A DNA stretch of 64,000 nucleotides from Candidatus Geohabitans tengchongensis (GCA_031459625.1 JAVKIH010000002.1:272528-336527); one strand, 5' to 3'; positions 21,176 to 30,185 are shown, numbered from the stretch's first letter. The notes: generated from the letters alone by a model not told the origin. Numbers and translations: made by a program.

Positions 21176-22069
21176 TCAGCTCCGCGGCACCTTTGGGTCG
21201 AGCGCGTCCCGCAACCCGTCCCCGAGCAGGTTCATCCCGAGCACCGTGACCATGATGGCCAGTCCGGGAAAGGTGGTGATCCACCAGGCCTGGCGCAGGT
21301 AGGCCCGCCCGAACGACAGCATCGCGCCCCACTCCGGCGTCGGGGGCTGAGCGCCCAGCCCGAGAAAGGACAGGCCCGACGCGGCCAGGATCGCGGAGGC
21401 CAGGCCCAGGGTGGCCAGGACGATGACGGACGGCAGGACGTTGGGCAGTATGTACCGCCAGATGATCCGGCCGGGCGTGCAGCCGATCGCCCGGGCGCCC
21501 GTCACATAGTCCATGGCGCGGATCGCCAGGGTCTGGCCCCGTGTCACGCGGGTGAAGGACGGCGTCGCGGCAATGCCTACCGCCAGCATGACGTTGTACA
21601 GCCCGGGCCCCAGCACGGCCACGATGGCCAGCGCGAGCAGGATGCCCGGAAACGCCAGCATGAGGTCCATGATCCGGAGGATGACGTCGTCCAGCCATCC
21701 CCCGTAGAAGCCGCTGACCAGGCCGAGGGTCACCCCCGCCGTCCCGCCAATACCGACGGAGATGAGACCGACGCTGAGCGAGAGGCGGGAACCGTAGATC
21801 ACCCGGCTGAGGACGTCCCGTCCCACCTCATCGGTCCCGAAGGGATGCTCCCGGGAGGGCGGCTGGAGGGGCTGGAGGAGGTCCTGGAACGTCGGGTCGT
21901 AGGGGGCGAGCCATGGAGCCCCCAGCGCCACACCCCCGGCAACGGCCAGCAGCGTCAGCCCGGCCATCGCCCCGCGGTTGCGGGCCAGCTGTGCCCGAAC
22001 GATGGAGCCATAGGTGCGAGACCGTTCGGCTGCCGGCAGCTGGGGCAACGCGGTCACTCGGGTGCTCAT
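21176..22069 (-). CDS. Peptide ABC permease (DppC/OppC type)
   Basis: HPFGTDEVGRD, LSFLGLGAQPPTPEWG, GDGLRDALDP. Confidence 0.93.
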   Translation of the reverse strand: MSTRVTALPQLPAAERSRTYGSIVRAQLARNRGAMAGLTLLAVAGGVALGAPWLAPYDPTFQDLLQPLQPPSREHPFGTDEVGRDVLSRVIYGSRLSLSVGLISVGIGGTAGVTLGLVSGFYGGWLDDVILRIMDLMLAFPGILLALAIVAVLGPGLYNVMLAVGIAATPSFTRVTRGQTLAIRAMDYVTGARAIGCTPGRIIWRYILPNVLPSVIVLATLGLASAILAASGLSFLGLGAQPPTPEWGAMLSFGRAYLRQAWWITTFPGLAIMVTVLGMNLLGDGLRDALDPKVPRS

Positions 22070-22094
22070 ACGACGGCCTCGTCCAGGCGCTCGT

Positions 22095-23234
22095 TCACTC
22101 GATCACCGCCAGGGCGCGCGGCGCCTGCGTCAGGGGCACGGCGCTGTCGGGTGTGACCACCACAACGTCTTCCACCCGGCAGGCGTAGCCGTTGGGCACG
22201 CGGCTCGACGGCTCCACCGTGAACGTCATAGCCTCCCGCAGCACCGTGCGGTCCCCGGTCTCCAGGTAGGGCGGCTCGTGCACGGTCACGCCGATGCCGT
22301 GGCCCAGCCGGTGCGTGAAGTAGTCGCCGTACCCGGCTTCGCGGAGCACGTCCCGCGCGGTGCGGTCGGCATCCTCGGCCGTGATGTCCCCGGCCCGCAT
22401 GGCGGCCATCGCCGCGCGCTGGGCCTCCAGGACCGCGTCGAACATGGCGGCGACCTCCTGGGGCGGACTCCCCAGGAAGGCCGTCCGGCCGAAGTCCGAG
22501 CAGTACTCCTCGTACACGCAGCCGAAGTCGAACGTGATGGCGTCCCCGGGGGCGAGGCGGCGCTGGCCGTGCCGGGTCGTGGGGAGGCGGTCACTGTTGG
22601 GCCGGGTGAACCGCACGCCGGTGACGAAGGCCGGGTAGTCGGCGCCGTGCTGGGCGAACTGGTAGTCGATCTCGTGGGCCACGTCGAGCTCGCGCACGCC
22701 TTCGCGGAGGACCTTCAGGATCGCCATGTACACGGCATCGGCCACCGCCGCCGCCCGCCGCATCACCTCCAGCTCGTCGGCCGTCTTGATCATCCGGAGG
22801 GGGGCGATGAGCCGACTCGCCGGCACCAGCTGAAGGCCAGCGGCGCGCAGGGCCTCGACCGTCGGCACCCAGGCCCGGTCGTCGACGGCGACGCGCCGCG
22901 CCCCGGGAGCGACCCGGTGGAGGACATCCCCCATGACGGAGGCGGGATCCTCCCCCTCGAGGACGACCCGGACGTCGGAAATCCAGGGTTTGCCCCGGGC
23001 CTGGTGCAGGAAGAACTCGGAACCCATGCGCGGCACCACCAGCACGAGGCGTTCGAGTCCGACGTAGGCGCCCTCGATCCAGTCGGCGTAGGCGTTGGTG
23101 TCGGTGGCGTGGGGCTGCTGCCGCCGGACGCCAGTGAGGTAGGCGAGATTCGCCCCGGGGCGCAAGTACAGGGCGTCGACGGGCTCGCCTGCCATGGCCT
23201 GCCGGACTGCCTGAAGGCGTGGCCGGATCTCCAC
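22095..23234 (-). CDS. M24 family Xaa-Pro peptidase
   Basis: RMIKT..E, DFG..YCSDFGRT, HRLGHGIG..HEPP, TVEP, RVED. Confidence 0.9.
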   Translation of the reverse strand: MEIRPRLQAVRQAMAGEPVDALYLRPGANLAYLTGVRRQQPHATDTNAYADWIEGAYVGLERLVLVVPRMGSEFFLHQARGKPWISDVRVVLEGEDPASVMGDVLHRVAPGARRVAVDDRAWVPTVEALRAAGLQLVPASRLIAPLRMIKTADELEVMRRAAAVADAVYMAILKVLREGVRELDVAHEIDYQFAQHGADYPAFVTGVRFTRPNSDRLPTTRHGQRRLAPGDAITFDFGCVYEEYCSDFGRTAFLGSPPQEVAAMFDAVLEAQRAAMAAMRAGDITAEDADRTARDVLREAGYGDYFTHRLGHGIGVTVHEPPYLETGDRTVLREAMTFTVEPSSRVPNGYACRVEDVVVVTPDSAVPLTQAPRALAVIE

Positions 23235-23281
23235 TCTCCCGCTCCCCGTCGGCTGACCGTGCGCCGCGGTGCGGCGCCTTG

Positions 23282-23362
23282 AGCATACGACCAGGAGTCT
23301 ACTGGGCCGCGTCGTATAATGACTAATACTATCTCCTGATAGCCGGTATCACTTTACCTGAT
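23282..23362. promoter_or_regulatory. Divergent LysR control region
   Basis: TATAAT at 23315-23320 (+), TATGCT at 23282-23287 (-), and an ATCA-N7-TGAT (T-N11-A) dyad at 23348-23362 overlapping the LysR start. Confidence 0.6.
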
Positions 23363-24428
23363 GGCCGTTACCGCCGGTGGGCCGTTCAACCTGCAGCGCC
23401 TCTGGACGTTTCGCCGGGTGGCGCAGGAGGGGAGCATGACGCGAGCGGCCGCCGCCCTGTTCCTCTCCCAGCCGGCCGTGTCGGCCCAGATCAAGGCCCT
23501 GGAACGGGAGGTCGGGCATCGCCTGTTCCGACGCGGCGGACGAGGAGTGGAACTGACACCCGCCGGTCGAGAACTGATCACACACGTCGAGCGGGGCCTG
23601 GCTGCCATTGAGCGCGGTCTCGCCGCGGTGCGGGGACGGCCGACGACTGAGACCCTGGCCGTGGGCACGGTGGTCTCGGTCAGCCTCGACATGCTCCCGG
23701 CCCTCCTCGACCGGTTCCACGCACGCCACCCTGAGGTGCGCGTGACGATGCGCACCGGCCATTCCCGCGATGTCGCCCGGATGGTGCTCGACGGATCCGT
23801 TCATGTAGGGTTCGTGGTCGCTCGACCGGACCACCAGAACCTCTCCAGCCGGTTGATCCTGGAGGATCCGGTCATCCTGGTCGGCCCGCCGACACACCAC
23901 CTGGCTGGTCAGCGGATCCCGCTGGCCGCACTGCGTTGCGAACTCGTGCTCCTGGCGCGGTGGGGCGAAGGGTTCGAGCATCTCCAGGAGGCGTTGCGGG
24001 CGCGGCTGGGCGAGGAGTTCTCGCCCGCGGTCCAGGTGGACCCCGCCGAGGCGGCCAAACGCATGGTCCTCCAGGGCGTCGGGCTGACGTTTCTCGGGGA
24101 GAGCATGGCCTGCCACGAGCTCCGGACCGGTCAGCTGGCGCGCATCGAGGTGGCGGACCTGCCCCCCCTGTACCGACGGGTGTACGTCATCTGGCGAGGG
24201 GAGGCCCGGGAGGCGTCCGCCAGGGACAGGTTCCTCGCAACGCTGTGGGGTGAAGCAGGGACGGTGCCGACTACCCTCCCGGCAAGGGTGGCGGCAACCG
24301 TCGGAAGGCGACGGCCGCCGCACCCACCAGCCCGGCCTCCTCGCCCAGCGCTGCCGGCACCAGGCGCACCGCCTCCAGCGGCCGGGCGAACGCCCGCTCC
24401 CGAGCGGCCCGCCAGAGCGGGGCCATGA
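23361..24428 (+). CDS. LysR family transcriptional regulator
   Basis: F..VAQEGSMTRAAAALFLSQPAVSAQIKALE..LTPAG; the C-terminal tail overlaps the convergent ROK gene. Confidence 0.92.
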   Translation: MAVTAGGPFNLQRLWTFRRVAQEGSMTRAAAALFLSQPAVSAQIKALEREVGHRLFRRGGRGVELTPAGRELITHVERGLAAIERGLAAVRGRPTTETLAVGTVVSVSLDMLPALLDRFHARHPEVRVTMRTGHSRDVARMVLDGSVHVGFVVARPDHQNLSSRLILEDPVILVGPPTHHLAGQRIPLAALRCELVLLARWGEGFEHLQEALRARLGEEFSPAVQVDPAEAAKRMVLQGVGLTFLGESMACHELRTGQLARIEVADLPPLYRRVYVIWRGEAREASARDRFLATLWGEAGTVPTTLPARVAATVGRRRPPHPPARPPRPALPAPGAPPPAAGRTPAPERPARAGP

Positions 24429-25245
24429 TCAGGTCCCCGGCCTGCATCACCCCGCCCCCCAGGATGATGAGCGGCGGGTTGAGCAGGTTCACCAGCGAGG
24501 CCACGGCGGCACCGAGCGCGGTCCCGGCCCGCTCGTAGATCGCCCGGGCCACGGGGTCGCCGGCGCGGGCGGCCTCGGCCACCGTGCGGGCGGAGAGCTC
24601 CTCGGGAGGGAGCTCTCGTAGCGAGGTGGCCTCGCCCCGGGCCAGGGCTTCCCGTGCCGCGCGGGCGATTGCCCGTCCCGAGGCCAGCCCCTCCAGGTGA
24701 CCCGGCTGCCCGCAGAAGCACGGGGGACCATCGAGGGCCACGGTCATGTGCCCGACCTCGCCGGCCGTCCCGCTCACCCCGCTGTAGAGCTCCCCGCCCA
24801 GGATCAGTCCGCCGCCCACCCCGGTGCTCACGGTGATGTAGACCAGGTCCGTCACACCCCGGCCCGCCCCCACCCAGGCCTCTCCCAGGGCCGCGGCGTT
24901 GGCGTCGTTCTCCACGGCCGCGGGCAGGCCCAGGCGCTCCTCGAGCAGCGCCCGCAGCGGCACGTCGCGCCACCCCACCAGGTTGGGCGGCTCGAAGACG
25001 ACCCCGCTGCGCGGGTCGAGGGGGCCGGGCGCCCCGGCGGCGACACCCACCAGCGCCTCCCGGGTGACGGCCGCCTCCGCCAGGACGTGGGCGGCCGCCC
25101 CGGCCACCGCGGCCACCACCGCGTCCGGTCCGCCGGTGGGGGTGGGGAGTGTGCGGTGGGCCAGGACGCGCCCGTCGCCACCGACCACCCCGACCCGGGT
25201 CCGGGTGCCCCCGATGTCCACCGCCAGCGCCGCCCGGGCTGCCAT
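24271..25245 (-). CDS. ROK family sugar kinase (glucokinase-like)
   Basis: DIGGT, ENDANAAALGE, STGVGGG, GEVGH, CFCGQPGHLE. Confidence 0.92.
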   Translation of the reverse strand: MAARAALAVDIGGTRTRVGVVGGDGRVLAHRTLPTPTGGPDAVVAAVAGAAAHVLAEAAVTREALVGVAAGAPGPLDPRSGVVFEPPNLVGWRDVPLRALLEERLGLPAAVENDANAAALGEAWVGAGRGVTDLVYITVSTGVGGGLILGGELYSGVSGTAGEVGHMTVALDGPPCFCGQPGHLEGLASGRAIARAAREALARGEATSLRELPPEELSARTVAEAARAGDPVARAIYERAGTALGAAVASLVNLLNPPLIILGGGVMQAGDLIMAPLWRAARERAFARPLEAVRLVPAALGEEAGLVGAAAVAFRRLPPPLPGG

Positions 25246-25360
25246 GGCCGCTCCTCACCCTGTCGCGCCCCACCCTGCCGGACGCCCGTCGCGGACGCGC
25301 CGACAGGAGGCTCGCGGCGTCCTGTGCAATTGTACCGGCAGAGTTCCCGGGAGGTGGGCC

Positions 25361-26260
25361 ATGCCGTTCGTGGGGACGAGCGCCATCCTGCTCATCGCCG
25401 TCGTCCTCGTCGGCTTCCTGATCCTGTACAACGCCATCAAGATCGTCCGCGAGTACCAGCGCCTGGTGGTCTTCCGCCTGGGCCGCTCCATCGGCAGCAA
25501 GGGCCCGGGCATCGTCTTCCTCATCCCCCTGGTGGACCGCGCCGTCTGGGTGGACCTGCGCGAGTTCTTCCTGGAGATCCCCAGCCAGACGACCATCACC
25601 AAGGACAACGCCCCCATCAACATCGACTTCCTGATCTACTTCAAGGTGCTGAACCCCGAGATGTCGGTGATCCAGGTGCAGGACTTTGCGGGGGCGGCGC
25701 GGGGGATCGCCACCACCACCCTGCGCGCCGTCATCGGCGACATCATGCTCGACGACGTGCTGGCCCGGCGCGAGCAGATCAACCAGGTGCTGCGGGCCAA
25801 GCTGGACGAGGTCACCGAGCGCTGGGGCGTGAAGGTCACCACGGTGGAGATCCGCGAGATCCTGCCGCCGCGCGAGGTCCAGGAGGCGATGACCCGGCAG
25901 ATGTCGGCGGAGCGCAGCCGGCGCGCGCTGGTCACGGAGGCGGACGGCAAGCGCGAGGCGGCCATCAAGGTAGCGGAAGGGGAGAAGCAGGCGGCGATCC
26001 TCAAGGCGGAGGGCGACCGCCAGGCGGCCATCCTGCGCGCCGAGGGGTTTGCGCTGGCGCTGGACAAGATCTTCGCCGTGGCCCAGAACGTCGACAGCAA
26101 GACGATGGCCCTGCAGTACCTGGAGGCCCTCAAGGCGCTCGGCGCCAGCCCGGCCACGAAGTTCATCTTCCCCCTGGAATTCTCCCGGCTGCTGGGGCCG
26201 CTCGGGGACATGGCGGGGCAGGCCTTCGGGCGCCCGCCCGGCGAGGAGCGGTCGTCGTAG
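25361..26260 (+). CDS. SPFH/Band 7 (stomatin-like) membrane protein
   Basis: N-terminal TM helix, VVFRLG, ITKDN, WGVKV, QMSAER, A(D/E)G.(R/K)..AI repeats; GGAGG SD. Confidence 0.92.
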   Translation: MPFVGTSAILLIAVVLVGFLILYNAIKIVREYQRLVVFRLGRSIGSKGPGIVFLIPLVDRAVWVDLREFFLEIPSQTTITKDNAPINIDFLIYFKVLNPEMSVIQVQDFAGAARGIATTTLRAVIGDIMLDDVLARREQINQVLRAKLDEVTERWGVKVTTVEIREILPPREVQEAMTRQMSAERSRRALVTEADGKREAAIKVAEGEKQAAILKAEGDRQAAILRAEGFALALDKIFAVAQNVDSKTMALQYLEALKALGASPATKFIFPLEFSRLLGPLGDMAGQAFGRPPGEERSS

Positions 26261-26338
26261 CGGCCCGGCGACGCGGCCGACGGTCGGCCTGACCTGACGG
26301 CGGAGCCCCCGTCGGCAGGCGGCGACGCGGGGCTGCGC

Positions 26339-27607
26339 TCAGCCCTCCGCGCCCGCGTCGGGTTCGGGGACCTGCCGGAGGGTGCGCACCGGTGAGCCGA
26401 GGACCCAGAGGAAAGGCGTCAGCGAGCCCAGCACTCCCACGAGCACCGCGGCGCGCAGCCCCAACCCCTCGCCGAGCGCGCCCCCGACCAGGCTGCCGAG
26501 CGGAATGGTCCCCCAGACCAGGAAGCGCATCGTGGCGTTCAGCCGTCCCTGCAGGCGCTGCGGGACGATGGCCTGGCGCAGCGAGACCTGGTTGACGTTG
26601 TAGATCAGGCCGCCGGCGCTGCCCACGAAGCCTCCCGCCACCAGCAACGGCGCGGCGGTGGCCGGGGTCGCCACCAGGAGCGGCAGGAAGTACGCGCCGA
26701 ACAGCGCGGCGCTCCCCACGATCGTCGGGCCGACGCCGAAGCGCCGCGCCAGCCGTCCCGCCAGCGTCGCCCCCACGAGGCCGCCGGTATTCCCCACACC
26801 GAAGATCAGGCCGAGCGTGGCGGGAGAGAGCCCCAGCACACCCGTGGCGTAGAGGATGAAGAGCGCTCCCACCGCCGAGGAGAAGAAGTTCGAGGTCCCG
26901 GTGGTGGCCGCGATGGCCCGCAGCAAGCGGTGGCCGACCACCACCGCCAGCCCCTCGCGGATCTCCGTCAGCACCGGGCGCCGGTTCGCCGGATCCGGAG
27001 GGTCCTCAGGCCGACGGATGCGCGCCAGGAGCCCTCCGGACACGAGGTAGGAGAGGGCGTCGAGGACGAGGGCGAAGGGCGCGGTGAGGACCTCGATCAC
27101 CACGCCGGCGATCCCGGGGCTGGCGATCTGGGCCAGCGAGCGGGTGGCCTCGAGCTTGCTGTTGCCCTCGACGAGCTGGCGGCGGTCCACCAGGGACGGG
27201 AGATACGCCTGGTAGGCGACGTCGAAGAAGACCGTGCACACCCCCACGAGGAAGCCCACGACGTAGAGCTGGCCCATCCCCAGGGCGCCGGCGACCGCCG
27301 CCGCGGGGATGGTGAGGAGCAGTGCCGCCCGGGCCACGTCGCCGGCGACGAGCACGGGGCGCCGGCGCACCCGGTCGACCCAGACGCCGGCGACGAGGCC
27401 GACCAGGAGGAATGGGGCGAACTCCGCCGCCCCCAGGATCCCCATCTGCGCGGGGGTGGCCTGCAGGGTGGTGGCGGCGATGAGCGGCAGGGCGAGCTGG
27501 GTGAAGCCGCTGCCGAAGACGGAGATGGTCTGCGCCACCCACAGGCGCATGAAGTCCCCGTGGCGCCACAGCGTGGGGGCAGGGGGGAGCGCCTGGCTGT
27601 CTTCCAG
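26339..27607 (-). CDS. MFS transporter (probable CTG start; first ATG at 27550)
   Basis: LWRHGDFMRLW..QTIS, GVWVDRVRRR, QVSLRQ..LQGRLNA. Confidence 0.88.
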   Translation of the reverse strand: MEDSQALPPAPTLWRHGDFMRLWVAQTISVFGSGFTQLALPLIAATTLQATPAQMGILGAAEFAPFLLVGLVAGVWVDRVRRRPVLVAGDVARAALLLTIPAAAVAGALGMGQLYVVGFLVGVCTVFFDVAYQAYLPSLVDRRQLVEGNSKLEATRSLAQIASPGIAGVVIEVLTAPFALVLDALSYLVSGGLLARIRRPEDPPDPANRRPVLTEIREGLAVVVGHRLLRAIAATTGTSNFFSSAVGALFILYATGVLGLSPATLGLIFGVGNTGGLVGATLAGRLARRFGVGPTIVGSAALFGAYFLPLLVATPATAAPLLVAGGFVGSAGGLIYNVNQVSLRQAIVPQRLQGRLNATMRFLVWGTIPLGSLVGGALGEGLGLRAAVLVGVLGSLTPFLWVLGSPVRTLRQVPEPDAGAEG

Positions 27608-27612
27608 CGCTC

Positions 27613-27981
27613 CTACTCCACGGTGATCTCGACGTGGGTGCCGTCTGGCGCGGTCACGTCGACGAGCTTGCCGGCCACGTCGCCGTTGCGGATGGCGGCG
27701 ACGAGGCGGGCCAGGTCGAGGGGTTCGCCGCCGGCCCGGAGCTGCACGCCCCGGGGGAGGACGCGCAGGACCAGGTCGGCCAGGGCGGTGGGCACGGCCA
27801 GGTTGACCCGCTCGCCGGCGGCACCGCGCACCATGACGCGGATCAGGCGCGCGCGGCCGCCCGGGCCCTCGCGCGGCGTCTCCAGCGCGTCCAGGAGCTG
27901 CTCGGCCTCCTCGGGTGAGAGCTTCCCCTCCCGGACCATCTCCAGGATGCGCCGACGCTCCTCCACGACGGACCGCGCCAC
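27613..27981 (-). CDS. SHOCT-like bihelical domain protein (YvlB/LiaX N-terminal type)
   Basis: EERRRILEMVREGKLSPEEAEQLLDAL followed by a beta-rich C-terminus (VNLAVP..VEITVE). Confidence 0.75.
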   Translation of the reverse strand: MARSVVEERRRILEMVREGKLSPEEAEQLLDALETPREGPGGRARLIRVMVRGAAGERVNLAVPTALADLVLRVLPRGVQLRAGGEPLDLARLVAAIRNGDVAGKLVDVTAPDGTHVEITVE

Positions 27982-29262
27982 CTACAGCGCCTCCCCCGTC
28001 CGCCGGCGTCGCAGGCGCAGGTCACCCGAGGTGATGCGGAAGCGCAGGCGCCCCTGTCCGCTGCCCAGCCGTCCCTCCACCCGCCCGCGGGAACGGCGGA
28101 GCTCCTCGAGCGGCAGGTCGACGGCCAGATCCCCGGAGCGCACCTCTGCCTCCACGGCGCCTGCGGCCTCGCCCAGCGCCGCCTCCACGTCGCCGTGCAC
28201 CACCTCCACGCTCACCTCCCCGGGCTCACGCAGGCGCGCCAGGTCCAGGGCCACGTCGCCCGAGACGACCTGCAGGTGCACCCGCTGCGCCTCGTCGGCC
28301 GAGACCTCCAGGTCGCCGTGGCGCACGGAGGCGTCCAGGTCGCCACGGAGGCGGCGGACGGCCACGTCGCCGCTCGTGGCCTCCAGGACGACCGCTCCCG
28401 CCGCTTCGGTCACCTCCACGTCGCCGCGCAGCACCTGGAGCGCGGCGTCGCCGGCCAGCCGCCGCACCGAGAGGGTGCCGCTCACCACCGAGACCCGCAG
28501 CCGACCGCGCACGTCCTCCACCGTGAGGTCGCCCTGCTTCACGCGGAGCTCGCAGGCGGCCGCCCCCCGCACCTGCACGTCGCCGCTGCCCACCACCGCC
28601 TCCACGGGGGCCCCGGCGGGAACTTCCACCACGAGGTCGGCGCGAACCCGCCCGTAGCGTCCCTGCAGCCCGGGGGTGTGCACCTCGACGACCGCGTCCT
28701 GGCCTCGCGGCGCGACCTCCAGGCGGATCCGGTCGAGGAGGTCCGACGCGGCCTCACCGGGCGCCCACACCTGCACCTGCGCGTGCACCTGCACCTCCCG
28801 GCCCGCGGTCTCCCGCACGGTGAGGTCGCCGCGCGGGAGGGCGACGCGCACCGTGCCGCCGTCGCCCAGCGGCGCGGTCAGGTCCACGTCCCTGCGGGCC
28901 CTCGAGAAGCTGGAGAGGTCACGCACCAGGTCGGGGGCGCCGATGCCCTCCCGGCGCAGCTCCTCGCGCAGCGCGCGCAGCGCTTCCCGGGTGGCGCGCG
29001 CGACAGTCAGGCCGGGACGGGCCCGGCGGAGCGCCTCACGGACCGTCTCCCCGATGCGCTCTCCCAGGTCGGCACCGACCGGCCACGCCGTGTGGCGTGC
29101 GGACGCCTCTCCCTCCCCACGTCCCGCGCCACCCGGGCCGGCCTCCTCGTCCGGGCGCGGCATCTCGGCCTCGCCCAGGGCCTCCAGAAGCGCGTCCGCC
29201 TCCTCGACCGAGAGCCGTCCTTCCCTCAGCATCCGCAGGACCCTGAGCCGCTCGTCGCTCAC
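27982..29262 (-). CDS. SHOCT-like + DUF4097 (Toastrack/adhesin-like beta-repeat) protein
   Basis: N-terminal ERLRVLRMLREGRLSVEEA motif; repeated (S/H/R)GD(V/L).V beta repeats. Confidence 0.8.
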   Translation of the reverse strand: MSDERLRVLRMLREGRLSVEEADALLEALGEAEMPRPDEEAGPGGAGRGEGEASARHTAWPVGADLGERIGETVREALRRARPGLTVARATREALRALREELRREGIGAPDLVRDLSSFSRARRDVDLTAPLGDGGTVRVALPRGDLTVRETAGREVQVHAQVQVWAPGEAASDLLDRIRLEVAPRGQDAVVEVHTPGLQGRYGRVRADLVVEVPAGAPVEAVVGSGDVQVRGAAACELRVKQGDLTVEDVRGRLRVSVVSGTLSVRRLAGDAALQVLRGDVEVTEAAGAVVLEATSGDVAVRRLRGDLDASVRHGDLEVSADEAQRVHLQVVSGDVALDLARLREPGEVSVEVVHGDVEAALGEAAGAVEAEVRSGDLAVDLPLEELRRSRGRVEGRLGSGQGRLRFRITSGDLRLRRRRTGEAL

Positions 29263-29534
29263 CGCGCGCCTCCCAGGCGGCCGTCGGCGCCGCTCAGACC
29301 GCCGTTCACACCTTCCAGGCCGCCGTTCACGCCTCTCAGGCTCCCGGTGGAGACCTCCAGGCCGCCGAGGCGCTCCCCGAGGCGCTCCAGCGACCGCCCC
29401 ACCCGGACGAGGAGGTGGGCGGCCGGGTGGGGGCGTGGCCCACGCGCCGCCGACGCGCGGCGCTCCGCCTCGGCCTCGCGTCGCAGCTCGGCGAGCCGCT
29501 CGTGCGCCAACCAGGAGAAGAGTGGCTCGTGCAT
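29259..29534 (-). CDS. Small helical hypothetical protein with heptad repeats
   Basis: GGAGG SD then MHEPLFSWLAHERLAELRREAEAER..; tail LRGVNGG LEGVNGG LSGADGR; GTGA overlap with the next gene. Confidence 0.65.
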   Translation of the reverse strand: MHEPLFSWLAHERLAELRREAEAERRASAARGPRPHPAAHLLVRVGRSLERLGERLGGLEVSTGSLRGVNGGLEGVNGGLSGADGRLGGAR

Positions 29535-29547
29535 CGTGTCCTCCCGG

Positions 29548-29928
29548 CTACCGCCGGCCCCGCAGGAGCCGCACCGCCTCGTCGACGGTGATCTGGCCGG
29601 CCTGGAGCTGGTCGAGCACCTCGCGCCGCCGCTCGGCCGATTCCTCGGCCCGCGCCGCCTCGACGGCATAACCCATCGCCTGGAGGATGGCGTCCAGCCG
29701 CGCCCGCACGGTCGGGTAGGAGACCCCGAGCTCCCGCTCCATCTCCTTGAGGTTGCCGCGCACCTTCAGGAAGGTCTCGACGAAACGCACCTGCTCGGGG
29801 TCGAGCCTGGCCAGGCCCCCGAGCGTGAACCGGCCCTCGATGGTGGTGGCGCAATGGCGGCACTGGAGCCGGACGGCCTCCAGCTGGTCGCCACACACAG
29901 GGCACTTTCCTATGAGGGGATGCGTCAT
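29548..29928 (-). CDS. DUF2089 family Zn-ribbon/HTH regulator
   Basis: CPVCG..CRHC.T.IEG.F, GNLKEMERELGVSYPTVRARLD, C-terminal bihelical motif. Confidence 0.9.
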   Translation of the reverse strand: MTHPLIGKCPVCGDQLEAVRLQCRHCATTIEGRFTLGGLARLDPEQVRFVETFLKVRGNLKEMERELGVSYPTVRARLDAILQAMGYAVEAARAEESAERRREVLDQLQAGQITVDEAVRLLRGRR

Positions 29929-30086
29929 CGCCTCTGGGTCCTGCTGCTGAATCGTGTTTGCATTTTGGAGGCTGGGGTCAAGAAAGTCAAGGTACAACTT
30001 CGAGAATACTCCTCACGCAGCATAGACTAAGCAAAATATCGAACATATGAACGAATTATTTGTAGGCTGATCTATCGAACGAAATA

Positions 30087-30120
30087 CGAACAGAACTCGG
30101 TCCGGACCGAGTTCTGTTCG
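30087..30120. repeat. Perfect 34-bp palindrome (copy 1 of a 22-bp core)
   Basis: cgaacagaactcggtcc|ggaccgagttctgttcg is its own reverse complement. Confidence 0.95.
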
Positions 30121-30185
30121 GTATCCTGTTCGGTATTCCGAGGAATCCGAGCTTCTGGGGAGGCCCCAGAGGTGTGGACGTCAGC

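Noticed and set aside
26261..26338. Imperfect hairpins between the convergent SPFH and MFS genes
   Set aside because: Imperfect stems with no U-tract; not distinguishable from background in this GC content.
30040..30150. Mini CRISPR array or parS/dif site
   Set aside because: No regularly spaced repeat-spacer units, no cas genes, and no match to the parS or dif consensus.
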